A stretch of DNA of 63,860 nt, the filler included, from Klebsormidium nitens (taxonomy: Eukaryota > Plantae > Klebsormidiophyceae): the NCBI GenBank assembly GCA_000708835.1. It is 5 parts of 5 records of this genome, joined end to end, with 100 filler letters (N's around TTAATTAATTAA, not from the genome) between each part and the next. Parts side by side here need not be neighbours in the genome. Positions count along the whole stretch, not along the records: positions 52,140 to 60,980 come from DF238223.1; positions 61,081 to 63,860 come from DF238643.1; 3 more parts are not named here. One strand, written 5' to 3'. This document shows, one piece after another, positions 60,183 to 63,860 of the stretch. Made by a program: the position numbers and the translations under genes. Numbering within the stretch: the stretch's first letter is position 1; each line of letters opens with the position of its first letter. The notes below the pieces were generated by a model. That model was not told where the DNA came from and did not search any database. It saw only the letters and a program-made list of their open reading frames with translations.

Positions 60183-60559
60183 GTCGAGGACTCTGACAAA
60201 ACGTCATCGAAATGAAACTTTAGGCCGTCCATTATGGTCGAACGTCGTGCAAGTTATGTGCAACATGCTGTACAGTGTGCATGATGTGCATCATAGGGCC
60301 TTCCCCCCCCCCTCAGGGATGAGACGGTGGCCGTCCCCGGCCACACTGTCAATCAATGCAACTACCAAGGCCGAATTAGCAGGCCCTCTCCCAACCTGTC
60401 ACTTAGTATAGGTTGAGGCATCCCAGTCCCTGCCTGAGAAGACTGAGGCATCCCAGCAGTGACCGCAGTATGCTGAGGCTTCCCAGCCCCCCTATTAGAG
60501 GGAGCGCTGAGGCTTCCCGGCTGTATCCATGCAACCGAGGGACCTGCGCACTTGCATGG

Positions 60560-60740
60560 CCCGCGTTGTCCTGCGGCTATCCCATTCAAGTTGAAGGGTG
60601 TGCCGATCATTCCGCGGCTATCCCATTGAAGGGTGTGCCGGCTCATTCCACACAAACAGTGGTCACGCGCGGCTATCCCATTTAAGGGTGTGCCGATCCG
60701 TTTATGCAAACAGAGGGCTGTCCCATTTAAGTGTAACGGC
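60560..60740 (+). repeat. Imperfect ~30-50 bp tandem repeat (GCGGCTATCCCATT..AAGGGTGTGCCG)
   Basis: Copies at about 60574, 60614 and 60669, plus a degenerate one at about 60717. Confidence 0.7.
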
Positions 60741-61080
60741 ACGACTGCGCACCGACTTCTGGCTGCGCGCCAAACTCGCGGCCGCGCATCGTCCGTTATT
60801 ATACGCTATCGACTTATTTGATATATCGAATCACTACACGACACGTGTCTGGGTTACTTGCTTCACCGCGTGACCGTCCGATAAGACCCACGTGCACCGC
60901 GTGCGAGGGAACCGTCCGATGAGCTTTCGAGACTAAGCTTATGGCCGGCCGAGCACCGAAGCTTCTAGGCTGACACTTCGNNNNNNNNNNNNNNNNNNNN
61001 NNNNNNNNNNNNNNNNNNNNNNNNTTAATTAATTAANNNNNNNNNNNNNNNNNNNNNNNNNNNNNNNNNNNNNNNNNNNN

Positions 61081-61483
61081 TTTACTCACTCCAACCACCT
61101 ATTATCGAACGGTCCACACAAATCCGGTTCTTAATCTCTCGCATCTACCTTTTCCAGATTCTTAATCTGCCAACTACTTGGGCTATTTGGCCTTAATCTG
61201 CCAAGCACACAATCCCTTCCATCTTAATCCATCACGCACTCAACTTCTTTTATCTTAATCTGCCAAGCAATCAGCTCCTCTTATCTTAATCTATCAAACA
61301 GTCAATCCTTTTCAACTTAATCTGCAAAGCCCTTGATCCCTTCTTCCTTAATCTGCCAAGTCTTCAACTTCTTTCATCTTAATCCGTCAAGCCCTCATTC
61401 TCTTTCATCTTAATCTTACAAGTACTTGTTCTCTTTGTCCTTAATGTCCACAATTTGGCCGTCAACCAACCTTAATCTTAACA
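61081..61483 (-). mobile_element. 3' LTR (partial) with internal GATTAAG repeats, preceded by a PPT
   Basis: On the minus strand, GCGTGGGAG|TGTTAAGATTAAG, a copia-type PPT followed by TG; CTTAATC recurs about every 30 bp on the plus strand. Confidence 0.7.
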
Positions 61484-61881
61484 CTCCCACGCGGACAAAT
61501 TGTCCCACTCACATTTAGCCACTTCTACCCGCTCGCTTCTTAGCCTTTGGTGTGCTCCATCCCGTCTCGCCCTTCCAAAATTCTCCCGGTGGCACTTGTG
61601 CCCGCTCCGGATATCGCTTGCCGCCCGTCGCTGGCGACATCACCTTTCCGCTCTCATCCTTGTCCAACTTCCGGTTGAACCGTGCTCCCACGCTTTCCGC
61701 TGCGCTTGCTCCCACGGCTTCCGCTGCGCTTGCTCCCACGGCTTCCGCTGCCGCTCCCACGGCTCCCATTGCGCCGTGCTTCTCCGTCTTCTTCTCCGTT
61801 GGGGACTCCGTTTCCCCAACGCTCACATCCACCGGTTGGATATCCTTCACCCCGTCGTCCGACCCGTCGTCCGACTCGTCG
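61484..61881 (-). repeat. Second, slightly diverged copy of the gag-ORF 3' end + PPT, separated from the main copy by a 20-N gap
   Basis: Near-identical to 62152-62540 with scattered substitutions (e.g. WSTPKAKK versus WITPKAKK). Confidence 0.75.
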
Positions 61882-61900
61882 NNNNNNNNNNNNNNNNNNN

Positions 61901-62151
61901 NAAGCACTCAACTTCTTTTATCTTAATCTGCCAGGCAATCAGCTCCTCTTATCATAATCTATCAAGTAGTCAATCCTTTTCAACTTAATCTGCAAAGCCC
62001 TCGATCCCTTCTTCCTTAATCTGCCAAGTCTTCAACTTCTTTCATCTTAATCCGTCAAGCCCTCATTCTCTTTCATCTTAATCTTACAAGTACTTGTTCT
62101 CTTTGTCCTTAATGTCCACAATTTGGCCGTCAACCAACCTTAATCTTAACA
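61901..62151 (-). mobile_element. 3' LTR (partial) of the gag-protease element
   Basis: Same PPT-TG junction at 62151; sequence matches 61250-61483. Confidence 0.7.
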
Positions 62152-62182
62152 CTCCCACGCGGACAAATTGTCCCACTCACAC

Positions 62183-63860
62183 CTAGCCACTTCTACCCGC
62201 TCGCTTCTTAGCCTTTGGTGTTATCCATCCCGTCTCGCCCTTCCAAAATTCTTCCGGTGGCACACGTGCCCGCTCCGGATATCGCTTGCCGCCCGTCGCT
62301 GGCGACATCACCTTTCCGCTCTCATCCCTGTCCAACTTCCGGTTGAACCGTGCTCCCACGCCTTCCGCTGCGCTTGCTCCCACGGCTTCCGCTGCGCTTG
62401 CTCCCACCGCTTCCGCTGCCACTCCCACGGCTCCCATTGCGCCGTGCTTCTCCGTCTTCTTCTCCGTTGGGGACTCCGTTTCCCCAACGCTCACATCCAC
62501 CGGTTGGATATCCTTCACCCCGTCGTCCGACTTGTCGTCCGACTCAAGGTCAACCTCAATGACCTTGACCGGCCTCACCTCCGCTTGCTTCTTTTCCACT
62601 CTCACTTCCGGCTTCGGTGCCACCTTCCCGAACCGACGCTCCGTCTTGACCGGCCCCTTGACCGCCAAGAACGCTCTCGCCTTCTTAACCGTTGCAATCT
62701 CCCACAATCCACCGCGTTGCACCGCCTCCATGCTCACCACACCTCCCATCTCAAATCGGGCAATCCCCCTTTCAAAAGAGATCCTTGCGCCCGCGTCCGT
62801 TGCTCGCCGCATTGCGAACAAGTTTGCTCTCGCTCCCGGAACGTGCCAAACCTCGTTCAAGGTCACCTTGCCCGCTCCGTTTGGCGTCTCACACTCCAAG
62901 ACCACTTTCCCAATCCCCACCGCCGTCAAGGCTTCTCCTCCAAGCCCCTCAATCTTCTCCGCACGCGCAAGCCGCTCGTAGCTTGCAAAGTGCCTCTTAT
63001 CCGGCGTAATGTGTTGAGTGCTTCCCGAGTCAACGAGCCACACATCCGCCGGCACCCGCGCCTCTTTGCGCCATACCGTAAACGCCACACCGGCAAACTC
63101 CTTCCGGTCCGGGCGGTCCTCACCGCCGCTCTTTGCACCACCCCGGGGCTTCCTACACACCGAGCTTATGTGGCCCCTCTCTCCACAATTGAAGCACTCC
63201 GCGTTCCGCTTCCGGCAATGAGCCCGGACGTGGCCCTTCTCTCCGCAAGCATAGCACGTCCTCGCGTCGGACCCCGCTTCACGCCTTACCCCTCCGTTGT
63301 AACCGCCCCGCTCACTTGACCCCTTGATAACGGTCTCATACCGTTCCCGTTTGGCAACAAATGCCTTCCCCATACTTTCCTCCTCCTTCTCCTCCGGAGC
63401 TCCTAGCTCCCCTTCCAACTTCAACTTTTGCTCCTTTTGCATGAGCTTAGGCTGAATTGTGTCCAACGTCAACTCCTCCTCACTCAACTCTAGGACCTCC
63501 ACTAGAGTTGCATACTCCTTCGGCAAACCATTCAAGGCATGGATTGCCAACTCCACCTCGGAAACGGTTTGACCCGCTGTCTCCAAATCCACCTTAATCT
63601 CGCGGAACTCTCCCACATACTCCGCAATGCTCTTCTCCCGGGTCAACGTCAAGCTTGTCAATTTCTTCCTAAGTTGGACAACCCTTGCGTTGCTTGTCTT
63701 CTCAAGGTTCTCCTCAAGCTTCTTCCAAGCTTTGGCAGCCGTGGACTCCCCAATGAACAACTTTACATAGGCATCTTGAGTGTGGAGGATCATCAAAGCC
63801 TTTGCTTGCCCCGATGCTTTTCTTCCTTCCACCGACTCCGGTTGCTCAATAGCAACATAC
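62183..63860 (-). mobile_element. Ty1/copia-derived gag-protease ORF lacking integrase, RT and RNase H (5' end beyond the window)
   Basis: UBN2/gag (TAAKAWKKLE...LNGLPKEY), two CCHC knuckles (CYACGEKGHVRAHC, CFNCGERGHISSVC), protease WLVDSGSTQH, GIGKV..VWHVPG..ANL. The ORF then runs through an Ala/Glu-rich linker and RYPERARVPP to a stop about 25 nt before the PPT. Confidence 0.9.

Noticed and set aside
61484-62540. Tandem LTR-element duplication as a real tandem array
   Set aside because: The two copies are separated by a 20-N gap and may be different genomic copies mis-scaffolded together; adjacency is unproven.

Overview
Intron-rich eukaryotic genomic DNA from a draft scaffold, with N gaps (five carrying TTAATTAATTAA contig linkers). 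Gene content and intron style suggest a streptophyte green alga such as Klebsormidium; this is inference, not shown by the sequence. The ORF track misses most genes, so I rebuilt them by hand from splice sites and reading-phase checks. Host-type genes: (1) a secreted PAN/Apple + Root_cap (VWD-like) protein at 2560-6141; (2) an intron-containing, signal-peptide-bearing homologue of the bacterial phage-tail-collar/'microcystin-dependent' protein at 14663-15971; (3) a ~13 kb, 12-TM Patched-like RND/sterol-sensing gene at ~18851-32021, whose introns hold decayed tandem echoes of its own exon ends; (4) a secreted NTF2/SnoaL-like protein at 34026-35974. The right half is mostly mobile DNA: a Helitron RepHel, a multi-exon gene that can end either in a Lys/Ala tail or in a GIY-YIG nuclease, an APE-RT LINE followed (not preceded) by an ORF1-like gene, and a gag-protease-only copia derivative. 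The main candidate novelty is four copies of an ~85-nt motif (39520, 39909, 42059, 42224) with an invariant 26-nt core, compensatory base changes, and UUCG-type and GNRA tetraloops. Two copies sit on each side of an orphan gene next to the GIY-YIG gene, and the motif matches no ribozyme or riboswitch consensus I can recall.
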